DNA of 64,000 nt from Candidatus Poribacteria bacterium (GTDB lineage: Bacteria > Poribacteria > WGA-4E > PCPOR2b). The DNA is taken from contig OZ242326.1 in the NCBI GenBank assembly GCA_965208325.1, forward strand, positions 4,128,001 through 4,192,000, read 5' to 3'. The first letter of the stretch is position 1, and the number at the start of each line of letters is the position of its first letter. A program made the translations under genes and the position numbers. This document shows, in pieces, positions 8,150 through 18,554 of the stretch. Below the pieces are notes generated by a model. It ran no database searches. It had not been told where the DNA came from and was given only the letters and a program-made list of their open reading frames with translations.

Positions 8150-9991
8150 ATGAAAATCCGTATTGAAAATCAAATCTTTGACATAGACGAAAACACATTT
8201 TCAGAATGGTTGGAGTCAAGACGTATCCCCCCGGATGCGTCCATTCTTGTCAACAATCAGTGGCTGGTGGTCGGCGAATTGAAAGGTTATCAGCAGCCAG
8301 ACGCGGCTGAAAATCAACCGGACACTACGGGCGCGCAGGGCGAAGCGCCTGAAATGGATTCGCCCGCGGAGAAGGGATTTTTCGCCTCTCGGCGGCATCG
8401 TGCGACCGTTACCTTTGTCCTAATTGCTGTAAACACCATCGTTTTCCTGTTGTTAGATTGGGAAGGGATTAGAGGTTCAAGGAATGCATTGACCCTGATT
8501 CAGTTTGGCGCATATTCTCACCGCTTGGTTGTTTACGACGGTGAATATTGGCGTCTTATTACGCATACCTTTTTGCATGGCGGCAGCCTCCATCTTCTCC
8601 TAAACATGGGTGTGCTCTTCATAGTTGGCAGTTTGCTTGAAAGGCTGTATGGCGGCTCGCGATTTTTAATTCTCTATCTGATTTCGGCGATTGGCGGCAG
8701 TCTCGCAACGTTGTATTTTGTCAGGGATGCTCCCAGCGTGGGCGCTTCGGGCGCAATCTTTGGACTGATGGGTGCTCTGGTTGCACTTGGGCTGAGGCAT
8801 AAAAACCAATTGCCGCGCCGGCGAAATCAGGTCTTCGCCTTGGGACTTCTTCCGTTTATTGCATTCGATATTTTTCTGGGATTTGTCATTCCGCACATCA
8901 ACAACGCCGCTCACATCGGGGGATTGGCGGTCGGATTCACAGCGGGCTTAATATTAACGCCCGGAATCAACACCAATCGCGAGCGTAATCCAAAGGCGAT
9001 TCAAGCGCTTGCGTCCGGGTTGACAGGCATGGCCCTCGCATGCAGCGCGTTAGCAATCTGGCACTTTTTTGCCGATTCTGAACAGACGATTGAAAGGCGG
9101 ATGAATACCGCTTTCCCACGGTTGACCGTAGAGAGCCTTCCCGATTATATCCGACACTATGAGAAGGTGATTCGCCAAAAGCGTTACAGTCCTGAAGAAT
9201 ACAAAATTCTCGAAGAATTGTATTGGTGGGCGCATGAGAATTCGCCCGAAGATACGTCATGGACAAATAAGCTCATGTTATTCTACGAACAAGCGCTTCT
9301 TGCCGATCCCAATAAAACTGAGTGGAATAGGAATCTCCGTGCATTATATGAAAAGACTAATCTTGAAGACAATAATGAGATGGATGAGCTTAAAGGATAT
9401 ATCGAGTTGTGTGAAAAAGTTGCCAGACGGCATGGATATCATTTAAGACTGTATGAGAATCTGGAGTATTTCTACATGCGCGCTAGGCACTTAGTGCCTG
9501 AAGATAAGTCTTCTGCTTGGAATCGCAAGCTTGAGAGCATCTATGACAAAGCCATTAGGAAAGATCCTGAAAATGCTATGTGGAATAATAACCTAGCGTG
9601 GCTTTACGTTGAACGACAGATGATGGCGCAAAGCGCTGTTGAATTCGCGCGGCAAGCTGTTATGCAAGCCCCGAAAAACACCGTATTTCTGGATACCTTA
9701 GCCTGGGCATATTTGCGGAACTCGGAGCACGATAGAGCGTTAAAGACGTTCGAACAGGTTTTCTCAATCGCACCAGAAACCGAAGATGACCAGCATGCCC
9801 AAGAAAGTAGCTGGAAGGGTTTAACGGACCTAGTTCAATCAGAAATAAAATCTGAAAAATCGCAAGAATTCAATCGATTATTCCTGAATTTTCATAAACG
9901 TCTGTCGCGCCAACTTGGCGCTGAACCGGATGCTCAAGCAAAACTTGAAGCGGTATTCAATCTATTCCAAACCCATCAGATAGAAAGCTGA
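8150..9991 (+). CDS. Rhomboid intramembrane serine protease with C-terminal TPR region
   Basis: EYWRL, HLLLNM, GASG, AHIGG; TPR-like NNLAWLY and LDTLAWAY. Confidence 0.9.
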   Translation: MKIRIENQIFDIDENTFSEWLESRRIPPDASILVNNQWLVVGELKGYQQPDAAENQPDTTGAQGEAPEMDSPAEKGFFASRRHRATVTFVLIAVNTIVFLLLDWEGIRGSRNALTLIQFGAYSHRLVVYDGEYWRLITHTFLHGGSLHLLLNMGVLFIVGSLLERLYGGSRFLILYLISAIGGSLATLYFVRDAPSVGASGAIFGLMGALVALGLRHKNQLPRRRNQVFALGLLPFIAFDIFLGFVIPHINNAAHIGGLAVGFTAGLILTPGINTNRERNPKAIQALASGLTGMALACSALAIWHFFADSEQTIERRMNTAFPRLTVESLPDYIRHYEKVIRQKRYSPEEYKILEELYWWAHENSPEDTSWTNKLMLFYEQALLADPNKTEWNRNLRALYEKTNLEDNNEMDELKGYIELCEKVARRHGYHLRLYENLEYFYMRARHLVPEDKSSAWNRKLESIYDKAIRKDPENAMWNNNLAWLYVERQMMAQSAVEFARQAVMQAPKNTVFLDTLAWAYLRNSEHDRALKTFEQVFSIAPETEDDQHAQESSWKGLTDLVQSEIKSEKSQEFNRLFLNFHKRLSRQLGAEPDAQAKLEAVFNLFQTHQIES

Positions 9992-10051
9992 AAAGGCTGG
10001 AAACAGGAACGCGGTTTAACTAATTTTTATGTTTCTTCCGCGGGAATTAAG

Positions 10052-12355
10052 ATGGTGCAGAGAACGACACGAACAATTTTCAGTGCGATTTTGATATTGC
10101 AACTCATGGTTGTGATTGCCCTGCCGCATGCGTACGCGCAGGGTAGCGAAGAGAAACCGTTTTGGGAGAGATGGAGCACATTTGTCCTCCCGATTGCGTT
10201 GCTATTCTTTTTTGCCACGATTAACTACGCTTTTGACCTATTCAGAAAGGACAAAATCTTAAAAAAGTTGCTGAAAAAGTACGTCGTTTTTGAGATGAAT
10301 GACGGAAAGCGTTATCGTGGAACGATGCGTCTCGAACAAAACGGGATTGAAATCATATCGGAAGAATCCCGACAGCGCGGACATGCGCCAAGCTACATTT
10401 TCCGTGGTCCGGAGAGAGATGGGATTGTCGCGTATATTCGCTATCTCGATTCGATGAACGGGCGGGAACTACTAGAGCGGGATTGGGATTTCGATCGAAT
10501 TTACCACCCACGCTTTACAACACGCCTCCAGCGAAAAATCCGAAACCTCGGCGTCGCCCTTAGGTCCTCCATTAACAAAACAGTGGAGATGATTTGGGGA
10601 CAGATTAAGAAAACGACAGCTTTCAAGCCCGTTACGCAAGCGCCGCAACAGGGAGGAGTGAGTGCAGAAGGCGACATCGAGGAGATACGAAAAGAACTTT
10701 GGGAATATGCAATGGAGGAGCGCTACGAGCGGCTCATCGAACGGCTCGTCGGGACACGCGTCAAGGTGAAAACTGGTAAGGGAGAAGATTACACGGCTGT
10801 TTTGAAAGAATATACCGAAAAACACATCTACCTAATGGATGTAAAATGTGCGACGCCGCCTAATGACCAAAAGGGATACAAGGATGAATGGGAAACTACA
10901 TTGGACATCAAGCATGGTAAGATTAATTTAAGAGACGAGCGCGGCCTGCGCAGTAAGATTGAGGGCGACGACCTGGTTTTGGAGAATAATGCACCGTATG
11001 AAATTCAGCTTTGGGGACTTAAATATGAAAAACCCGATTCTCAAGAATCGGATGTGCACGATTGGAAATGGGGCTATGCCATTCCGCCATTCAGCGTGCA
11101 GCGAATCCATCTGAAGCCGAATCCGAAGCATCATAATGTAGGTCCGTTTCAACGAGTTGTGGTTCAAGAACCGCGAACATACAGGTACTTTCATCTGCTC
11201 AAACTTACGTTCAGATCGTTTCGAGATGCGGATATCGTCTTTACGCGAGCATGCAAAATAACTGAAAGCGCGGAGAAGTATGAGCGTGAGTCGCTTGACC
11301 TTGTTGGATTGACAACAGCGCTGCTTGCATCCGAGAAGGTGGAGGATGTTGCGATTACGGATGAATCGGGCGAATCCATCCACGGCTTAAACGTTATTCA
11401 CGGCTATATCACGAATATCAACGAAGATAGAATCGATGTCAAAGAAATCGATCAGTGTTACGACAGGCGTTGGTCCGTGGAAAGCGCGTTTGGGCGGTTT
11501 GATGATAAGTTGAGGAAGGTGGGGCCTCCTCATGTCAGAATTTTTCCGCCCTACCGCTCACGAATGGCAGCACAGTCGCTGCTTGTCGAGGAATTGGGCG
11601 AGAGCAGAGGCAGGCGCGAAATTCTGTCCCCCTTTCTTTTTACGCCCGTTGCGTCCCGTAGGAAACGGTATACAAAGCCCGAACTTCCCTTAAAAGTGAT
11701 GGCATTGACCGGCAACGTCACACAAGCGGAATTCCCCGCTCTACAGCAGCTTGAGCATGTCAACAAACATCATATAATCTATGAACCGGTGAGCGACCTG
11801 CGTACCGCCTACATGGCAAAAGCGCATATTCTTTGGATTGGACATGGGGAAATCTACAAAGAGGGTTACCGTCTCAGTATTGATGCCGAACACCGAATAA
11901 AAAATTTTGTCGGCAGAGGCGGCATTGCCATAGTATCCGGTCAGGACATAAGCAATATGCAGCGCCGTAGGCAAAGCGTCGGTTGGGTGCCGGAGCCGTT
12001 GATTGGTGTTGAATTCGACGAAACACAGGAATTTACGCCGACGCGCGCCGGCAAACGGGGGAAAATCTTCCACCATCCCTATAAGATCAAGTCCGGTGAG
12101 ATAAAATTGGACGACATGTGGATAGACCAACTAAGTAAATACACTTCCCTTGCGAAAGCGAATGGCGGCGATGAAGATGCTATACTTCTTCTACCCTTTC
12201 AGTCGGGAATGTACATCGTAACCAGCTTAAAAAACGAAACCGAAACGGACGTGCAGATTAATCATGCCATGATGGCGAATCTGCTGCATTTCTCCGTGAG
12301 GTTTATTGAGAAACAGAAGCATTCTCACCTGTATTATGTGGCTCAAGGCGCATGA
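10052..12355 (+). CDS. Hypothetical membrane-anchored protein
   Basis: 767-aa ORF with a signal-like N-terminus, one TM helix and a C-terminal alpha/beta (GATase/ThuA-like) region (IKNFVGRGGIAIV). Confidence 0.7.
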   Translation: MVQRTTRTIFSAILILQLMVVIALPHAYAQGSEEKPFWERWSTFVLPIALLFFFATINYAFDLFRKDKILKKLLKKYVVFEMNDGKRYRGTMRLEQNGIEIISEESRQRGHAPSYIFRGPERDGIVAYIRYLDSMNGRELLERDWDFDRIYHPRFTTRLQRKIRNLGVALRSSINKTVEMIWGQIKKTTAFKPVTQAPQQGGVSAEGDIEEIRKELWEYAMEERYERLIERLVGTRVKVKTGKGEDYTAVLKEYTEKHIYLMDVKCATPPNDQKGYKDEWETTLDIKHGKINLRDERGLRSKIEGDDLVLENNAPYEIQLWGLKYEKPDSQESDVHDWKWGYAIPPFSVQRIHLKPNPKHHNVGPFQRVVVQEPRTYRYFHLLKLTFRSFRDADIVFTRACKITESAEKYERESLDLVGLTTALLASEKVEDVAITDESGESIHGLNVIHGYITNINEDRIDVKEIDQCYDRRWSVESAFGRFDDKLRKVGPPHVRIFPPYRSRMAAQSLLVEELGESRGRREILSPFLFTPVASRRKRYTKPELPLKVMALTGNVTQAEFPALQQLEHVNKHHIIYEPVSDLRTAYMAKAHILWIGHGEIYKEGYRLSIDAEHRIKNFVGRGGIAIVSGQDISNMQRRRQSVGWVPEPLIGVEFDETQEFTPTRAGKRGKIFHHPYKIKSGEIKLDDMWIDQLSKYTSLAKANGGDEDAILLLPFQSGMYIVTSLKNETETDVQINHAMMANLLHFSVRFIEKQKHSHLYYVAQGA

Positions 12356-12385
12356 ACCGCAAATTTCTGGATTTTTCTCGATTTC

Positions 12386-15300
12386 CTACTGATACTGCTG
12401 TGCCTGCAATGCCCTCAACAGCCTCTCAAGCTCTTTAAATTCTTGAGCGGCTTCCGTGAGTTTTCCCTCGCCGGTTAACTTCAGGTACTGATCGAACTTT
12501 TCGTTGGCTAACCGAATCACGTCTGCCAACGTCGGCAACTCTCCTAACGTCCCCTCCGCAGTGTTCGCCGCGGGCTCAACTCCGATACCAATACCGAAGA
12601 TTTCCTGCAGGGCTTTATCGAATCTGTTCGCGTATGCAAACTGATCGCCAGCTTTTACAACAACCGTCTTTAATTGCGCGCGATTGCTGTCTTCGGGCTT
12701 GAGATAAATGGGCTCTACATAAAACAGGGTATTTTCTACGGGAATCACAAGCAAATTGCCGCGAATTACCTGAGCGCCTTTTTCATCTGATTGTCTGAAC
12801 CAAACCTCGTTAGCGAGCGCATTTTCAATGTCTTCTTCGACCTGCCTAGGTCCGTCGACAGTTGCCTCCGTCGGCAGCCGATAGATTACCAATTGACCGT
12901 ATGCCGCGCCATCACTGCGTGCGACAAGCCATGCGTTCATGAGCTTGACCCGTTTCGGTGGCGTAAAGGGCACCATGTTCACGAACTCCGATTTCATTTC
13001 GCCCGGCAACTTAAACGTCGCATAATACGGCACCATCCTTTGCTTTTCCGTATAGTATGTTTCGTCGGGGATATTCCACCGGTCAGAACCGTGGAAAAAT
13101 GTGTGGGCGTCCTCTACATGATAGTCGGTATACACTTCTGCCTGGGTGCGGGTGAGATAGTCCGGGTATCGAAGGTGGCTCTGCAAACCCGCCGGGATCA
13201 GATGTTTGGGTTGGAAAAGATTCGGGAAAGCGCTCTGATAAGCAGCCGTAATGGGCTCTTCAGCTTTGGTTAGATAAAAATTAACCTCCCCGCTATACGC
13301 ATTGACAATCGCAACGGCGGGGTTTCGAATGTAGTTGAAGCGGTCAAAGGCGGGTTCAGAATAGAGCGGCGGATTTTCAACGAGTTCTGTCGTATCGACA
13401 TAAACTTTAGCGTTCGGGTAATTCCGACTCGTGACGTAGATGTCGACCATCCACCAGAGTTTACCGTCATCCCCAATCACGATATAGGGGTCTGGGTCAA
13501 ATTTCAGAAATGGAGCAATGTGTGAGAGGCGATCTGTAATCGTCGCGGCAGTGACAGGGTCATGCGTTCCAATTTTTCGCCAAAAAAGCATTCTGCTTTC
13601 GGGGGTAAGGCTTCTGGACAACATTATTCGCCAGAAGTCGAAACGTGTTGCAAAACAGAGCCGCCTGAACCAACCGCCAATTTCGACGCCGCTCTCTCCG
13701 CTGAATCCCTCACCTTCCGGATCTATCTCCTTCTGCTTGTAAATCTTTAGTTCCCCATCCTCCTTACTGGCGATGTATCCCCGCTCATTGTCCTTATCAA
13801 CAATTAGCCATTGTCTACCTTCTTCCTTTATTGAAACAGCGACGTCCTCGGACAGCGTAGTTTGTTGTGTTTCAAACCTTTGCCGCAGGTCGTTAGAGAG
13901 GAACCCATTGTCTAAGTCAACTTGATACTTCAATTCGATTTGCGAGCTTAACTCGATGCTAAATCGCAACCACTGCTCGCGCTTGAAGTTAAGCAGTGAC
14001 CACGGCTCCTGTTCATAAATTCTCAGTTCCCCTTCTTCCTTACTGACAATGTATTCCTGTTCATCAGCTTTATCCGTTATCAACCATTTGCGCCCTGTTG
14101 CTTTAATCGAAATCGTGACATTTTCAGACAGCGGCATTTCACGCGCTTCAAACTCTTGTCTCAGGTCTTGTGAGAAACTGCCATTGTCAAGAGTTTTTAG
14201 TATCTCCGACTCAATTCCAAAAAGCAACTGTCTCTTCGTATTGACGATAATATAGTCGTTAGCCAATTCGCCAAAGTAGATTTGAGGTTTTGTCACGCGG
14301 AGCTGGTTACCGATTTGCTCAGGGTAGTCCAAAGGAATTCCATGCACCCAGAAGTTTGGATCGCCACCCTCAATTTTGAATTCATTTACCGGAACAACAC
14401 ATACTCCGTAGCCGTGGGTATAGACCATCTTCCGACTATCCCAATATTGGGCTTCGGGCAGTTCTTCTGGATCAATATCGATTTCTCTAGCGGCAATCAA
14501 TACCTGCCGATACTTTCCATTTATCCAATACCGATCGACATCTGTGTATGGGTGGAATTCGTAATACGGTTTAATGTTTTGTTTGTCTCTTAATACTTCG
14601 TAGAGGACACGCCGATCCCACAACTGGATGTTCTCTCTGATTTCAGGGTTGCGCTGAATCATCTCTACCGTTGCGGCGCCTTGGACGTGGCTGCTCTCCA
14701 CAATCCGATCTAGCCGAAATGCCTGCCGAGTCGATTCAATATGGCTTTTTAGATAGGACACTTCCGCCGACGCTCGATTCGGGCGAACTTCCGTCCAATG
14801 AACAAAGATTGGGTAGACTTGTATCAACACCAGATAGCTCAAGCCCCACATTGCTAGGGCGGAATACCAGACGAGTCGTTTCCGCCAAAACATGTTAATC
14901 AGGACAAGGACGCCAATCCCGGCGATGCAGACCATATAAATTTGAGTCGTGCCAATCAACGCCTCGTCAACGTAACCCATCCCGTCGACCCGGCCGAGTC
15001 CCCAAGGTGTTCGACGGGTGTATAGTACATTCCAGATGCTAACCTGGCTCCGGCATAAAGAGACACCGAGTAACGCCAGCCAGAGGGTAGAAACGTGCAC
15101 GGCAAACCGCCGTTCAACACGAACGGTTGCCCTCACGTCCCGCCGGCGGTAGAAATGATACAAGATTGCCACAATCACTATCGTAACCCACAGCAAAATT
15201 TTTAGCCATAGGCTGACCCAGCGATAGACGGGAAAATTAAACAGATAAAAACCGAGTTCTTTTTGGAGCGCATTATGAGAGACAAAGGTGATTACATCAG

Positions 15301-15796
15301 TCAATCCACGGTTTTCGTAACGGATGAAGTCGTCCCAGAAAAACATCATCGGTATCGCCAGAAAACAAGCGACCAAGACAATCGAGATTAGCATGGTCCA
15401 GTAGAAGCGCCTTGTTTGTTCGCGAGGCCAACGTGTGCCGTCGCTCGCAATAGGACACAGCTTATCCCCAATGAAGAGATTCAGTCCCAAAAACCCTATC
15501 GCTGCAATAGCAAATTTAGCGAAAAGTCCCCATCGCGCTTGCAGAACGCCCCAAAAAATATTGGCGTAACCGACGCTCACAAACCAGAGATGTTCTATGT
15601 ATAGGTATGCCAGCGCCGGCCAAAGCAGCACAACCGTCAGCAACAAACCCGCTAACCAGGTGCCGTAGGCTTTTATCAGCAATCCCGGATTCTGTATACG
15701 CCTGGCTCGCCTGTACACAAATACACCTGCGGTTAGCGTGCTCAGGCCAATGGCCAATCCTACCAAAATTTGGGCAATAGCAAGGTCAGCATTCAT
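12386..15796 (-). CDS. UPF0182 family membrane protein with a duplicated internal insertion
   Basis: Multi-TM N-terminus; DVDRY, AARE, YTHGYG, PQIYFGE, DPDPY, FNYIRN, GNLLVIP, YVEPIY. Confidence 0.9.
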   Translation of the reverse strand: MNADLAIAQILVGLAIGLSTLTAGVFVYRRARRIQNPGLLIKAYGTWLAGLLLTVVLLWPALAYLYIEHLWFVSVGYANIFWGVLQARWGLFAKFAIAAIGFLGLNLFIGDKLCPIASDGTRWPREQTRRFYWTMLISIVLVACFLAIPMMFFWDDFIRYENRGLTDVITFVSHNALQKELGFYLFNFPVYRWVSLWLKILLWVTIVIVAILYHFYRRRDVRATVRVERRFAVHVSTLWLALLGVSLCRSQVSIWNVLYTRRTPWGLGRVDGMGYVDEALIGTTQIYMVCIAGIGVLVLINMFWRKRLVWYSALAMWGLSYLVLIQVYPIFVHWTEVRPNRASAEVSYLKSHIESTRQAFRLDRIVESSHVQGAATVEMIQRNPEIRENIQLWDRRVLYEVLRDKQNIKPYYEFHPYTDVDRYWINGKYRQVLIAAREIDIDPEELPEAQYWDSRKMVYTHGYGVCVVPVNEFKIEGGDPNFWVHGIPLDYPEQIGNQLRVTKPQIYFGELANDYIIVNTKRQLLFGIESEILKTLDNGSFSQDLRQEFEAREMPLSENVTISIKATGRKWLITDKADEQEYIVSKEEGELRIYEQEPWSLLNFKREQWLRFSIELSSQIELKYQVDLDNGFLSNDLRQRFETQQTTLSEDVAVSIKEEGRQWLIVDKDNERGYIASKEDGELKIYKQKEIDPEGEGFSGESGVEIGGWFRRLCFATRFDFWRIMLSRSLTPESRMLFWRKIGTHDPVTAATITDRLSHIAPFLKFDPDPYIVIGDDGKLWWMVDIYVTSRNYPNAKVYVDTTELVENPPLYSEPAFDRFNYIRNPAVAIVNAYSGEVNFYLTKAEEPITAAYQSAFPNLFQPKHLIPAGLQSHLRYPDYLTRTQAEVYTDYHVEDAHTFFHGSDRWNIPDETYYTEKQRMVPYYATFKLPGEMKSEFVNMVPFTPPKRVKLMNAWLVARSDGAAYGQLVIYRLPTEATVDGPRQVEEDIENALANEVWFRQSDEKGAQVIRGNLLVIPVENTLFYVEPIYLKPEDSNRAQLKTVVVKAGDQFAYANRFDKALQEIFGIGIGVEPAANTAEGTLGELPTLADVIRLANEKFDQYLKLTGEGKLTEAAQEFKELERLLRALQAQQYQ

Positions 15797-15872
15797 GTTA
15801 TTCGAGACCTAAAAATGGGCATTACCCGTGTATATCCCTACCCACCGACCGGCAAAACAAAAACCGTGCGTG

Positions 15873-17303
15873 TCAATCAAGGTTTTGCTCTTTTTTCGTT
15901 TTACCGGACGGCTCTTCGACGTAACGCTTGAGTTTATATTGTAGGGAGCGCAGGCTGATTCCCAACGACTGCGCAGTTAAGGTACGGTTGTTTCCCATTC
16001 TTTCAAGTGTTTTGAGGATCAATTCCTTCTCCATCTCCTTCATCGTCACGTTGACTGAAGGGAAATTCAGTTTATCATCCGTCGTACCTTCAAAATTTGT
16101 GGGCGATTGAATTTCTTCGGGAAGATGTTTGGGGAGAATTACGTCGCCTTCGGCGAATAGAACGGTTCTCAAAATTGAATATTCTAATTCCCGCACGTTT
16201 CCGGGCCAATCATACTTTGATAGACAATCCCTTGCCTTTTGACTAATCCACCGTATGGGTTGGTTGTGTGAATTGCTGTGTTTCTTTAAGAAGTATTCAG
16301 CTAAAACCAAAATATCGTCACGGCGCTCCCTTAAAGGAGGCAGGTAAATGGGAATGACATTCAGCCGATAATAGAGATCTTGACGAAATGCCGCTTTTTC
16401 AACGGCCAGGCGCAAATCTTTATTGGTCGCGGCAATGATGCGGACATCAACGCTAATGACTTTTTCTCCGCCGAGACGCTCGATTTCGCCTTCTTGTATG
16501 GAACGTAACAGCTTTGCTTGCAGTGAAATCGGAGTATCTCCGACTTCGTCTAGAAAAAGCGTGCTTCCATGTGCACGTTCAAATTTTCCAATTTTTTGGT
16601 AAGTTGCGTCAGTAAATGCACCGCGCTCATGGCCAAAGAGTTCGCTTTCGAGAAGATTCTCTGGGATTGCGGTACAATTTACGACGACCATGTCTTTATC
16701 GGTGCGTGAACTATTTTCGTGAATTGCGCGCGCAACCAATTCTTTCCCAGTGCCGCTCTCGCCCTGAATGAACACCGTAGAGTTTGTATCCGCAACCTTC
16801 TCAATAATCTTCAATACTTCGATAATCTGGGGGCTTTCACCGAGAATTTCTTCGTAGCTGCCGATGAGTTCGTCTCTGACGCTGTGCTCCGTCGCGCGAT
16901 GATGGTCCAAGGCTTGATTGACCTTTTGCTGTATGTGTTCCGGTAGGAAGGGTTTTTCCAAAAAATCGTGTGCGCCATGTTTGATGGTTTCTACGGCGCG
17001 TTGAATAGTTCCATGAGCTGTCAACATAATTACGAGTAAACCCGGATACGCTTTACGAATCTGTTTTAGGGTTTCTGTGCCATTAATTCCCGGCATTTGG
17101 ATGTCCAACAACACCAGATCCGGCAGTTCCTGATCAATTAAAGCGAGGGCTTCATAACCATCTGACGCGGTTGCGACAGTAAAGTTGTCCATCTCAAGCC
17201 GATCTTGTAAGATCATTATGGTATCGGGTTCATCATCGACTATGAGAATTCTCTCTCGTACTCTCACCCTAAAATCCACGAATATTGTTTCATTTCCAAG
17301 CAA
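15873..17303 (-). CDS. NtrC-family sigma54-dependent response regulator (REC-AAA+-Fis HTH); start may be GTG at 17267
   Basis: ILIVDDE, DIQMP, GESGTGKE, ESELFGHERGAFTDA, WPGNVREL, C-terminal HTH. Confidence 0.95.
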   Translation of the reverse strand: MLGNETIFVDFRVRVRERILIVDDEPDTIMILQDRLEMDNFTVATASDGYEALALIDQELPDLVLLDIQMPGINGTETLKQIRKAYPGLLVIMLTAHGTIQRAVETIKHGAHDFLEKPFLPEHIQQKVNQALDHHRATEHSVRDELIGSYEEILGESPQIIEVLKIIEKVADTNSTVFIQGESGTGKELVARAIHENSSRTDKDMVVVNCTAIPENLLESELFGHERGAFTDATYQKIGKFERAHGSTLFLDEVGDTPISLQAKLLRSIQEGEIERLGGEKVISVDVRIIAATNKDLRLAVEKAAFRQDLYYRLNVIPIYLPPLRERRDDILVLAEYFLKKHSNSHNQPIRWISQKARDCLSKYDWPGNVRELEYSILRTVLFAEGDVILPKHLPEEIQSPTNFEGTTDDKLNFPSVNVTMKEMEKELILKTLERMGNNRTLTAQSLGISLRSLQYKLKRYVEEPSGKTKKEQNLD

Positions 17304-17460
17304 AGAACCAGCCCGCGTTTCGTTAAAGAACGGATGTTAATTTTACCAGAAATGGCAAGGAGCATCAATACAAACATTGAGTCCCTAAAAGCGGCGCGTT
17401 AGTTTTTGCTTTTTGCTAGATTGCTAAGATTGGATTGTGCTATGATTAAACTGTGTTCAA

Positions 17461-18546
17461 TTGATTATTGGAGTTAGCAAAATGGAGCCTGATTGCCGTC
17501 TTCCCGGCATCCGCAAAATCTTAATCATTCGTAACGATGGCATTGGGGATCTACTAAATTCTACGCCCGCAATCTCACTTTTGCGCCAAAACTATCCGCG
17601 CGCGGAAATTACCGTACTTGCCCAATCGACGACCGCCCCAATGTTAGTTGGAAATACTGATGTGGACCGCGTTCTGATATACGATCGACGGCGCGCCCAT
17701 CAACGGTTGGTAAATCGCCTGAAGTTCTATCTCGGTCTGCGGCAAACTAAATACAATCTCGTTGTAGCAATGCGGACAGCGTCGTGGTCCAATTTTGTGG
17801 CGTTTCTATCGGGAGCAAAGTATCGGCTGGGACGGCATCAGAAACGGTTCAAAAGCACGTTGACGCACGTATGGCGTGCGCAATACCAGAAAGGGCATGT
17901 CCACGAAATCGATCGCAATTTTGATCTGGTTGGGCTAATTTGCAAGGGTACGGGCGATCGGCGGCTTGTCCTGAAGGTTCTGGATGAGGAGATTGCCCGC
18001 GCGAAGAGAAAATTAGCAAGTTGGGGGGTCACTCCCAACGATTATGTACTTGGCATTCACCCTGGCGCAAGTTCGTTCGATAAACGTTGGCCAGAAGAGA
18101 ATTATGCCGAGATAGCAGACACGCTTGTACGTGAACGTGCGGCGAAGATTTTGATTCTCCGGGGACCTGAAGAAACCGAATTGGCGCGGAATATCCAAAA
18201 AGCTATGCAGGTCGAATCTATCGCCTATGCTCCCCAATCAATTCGCGAGCTTGGTGCGCTGATTCGATGCTGTAATCTAGTTGTGTGTAATGACTCTGGT
18301 CCCATGCATATCGCTGCGGCGCTGGATGTGCCGACGGTTGCGGTTTTTGGTCCCACAGATCACGTTGTTTGGAAGCCGCAATCCAAAAACGCCGCGATTG
18401 TTAGGCGTGACATGCCGTGTTGGCCATGCAGCGCGCACAAGTGCAAAATCGGATGGGAATGCACAAAGAAACTGCCCGTTGATATGGTGTTGGAAATGGT
18501 CAGGGGACCCACCAAATCATTCCACTCCCCGCTGCGGAATCCTTGA
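17461..18546 (+). CDS. GT9 ADP-heptose:LPS heptosyltransferase-like protein
   Basis: ILIIRNDGIGD, HPGAS..KRWP, NDSGPMHIAAA, FGPT. Confidence 0.9.
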   Translation: MIIGVSKMEPDCRLPGIRKILIIRNDGIGDLLNSTPAISLLRQNYPRAEITVLAQSTTAPMLVGNTDVDRVLIYDRRRAHQRLVNRLKFYLGLRQTKYNLVVAMRTASWSNFVAFLSGAKYRLGRHQKRFKSTLTHVWRAQYQKGHVHEIDRNFDLVGLICKGTGDRRLVLKVLDEEIARAKRKLASWGVTPNDYVLGIHPGASSFDKRWPEENYAEIADTLVRERAAKILILRGPEETELARNIQKAMQVESIAYAPQSIRELGALIRCCNLVVCNDSGPMHIAAALDVPTVAVFGPTDHVVWKPQSKNAAIVRRDMPCWPCSAHKCKIGWECTKKLPVDMVLEMVRGPTKSFHSPLRNP

Positions 18547-18554
18547 GGTAAACA

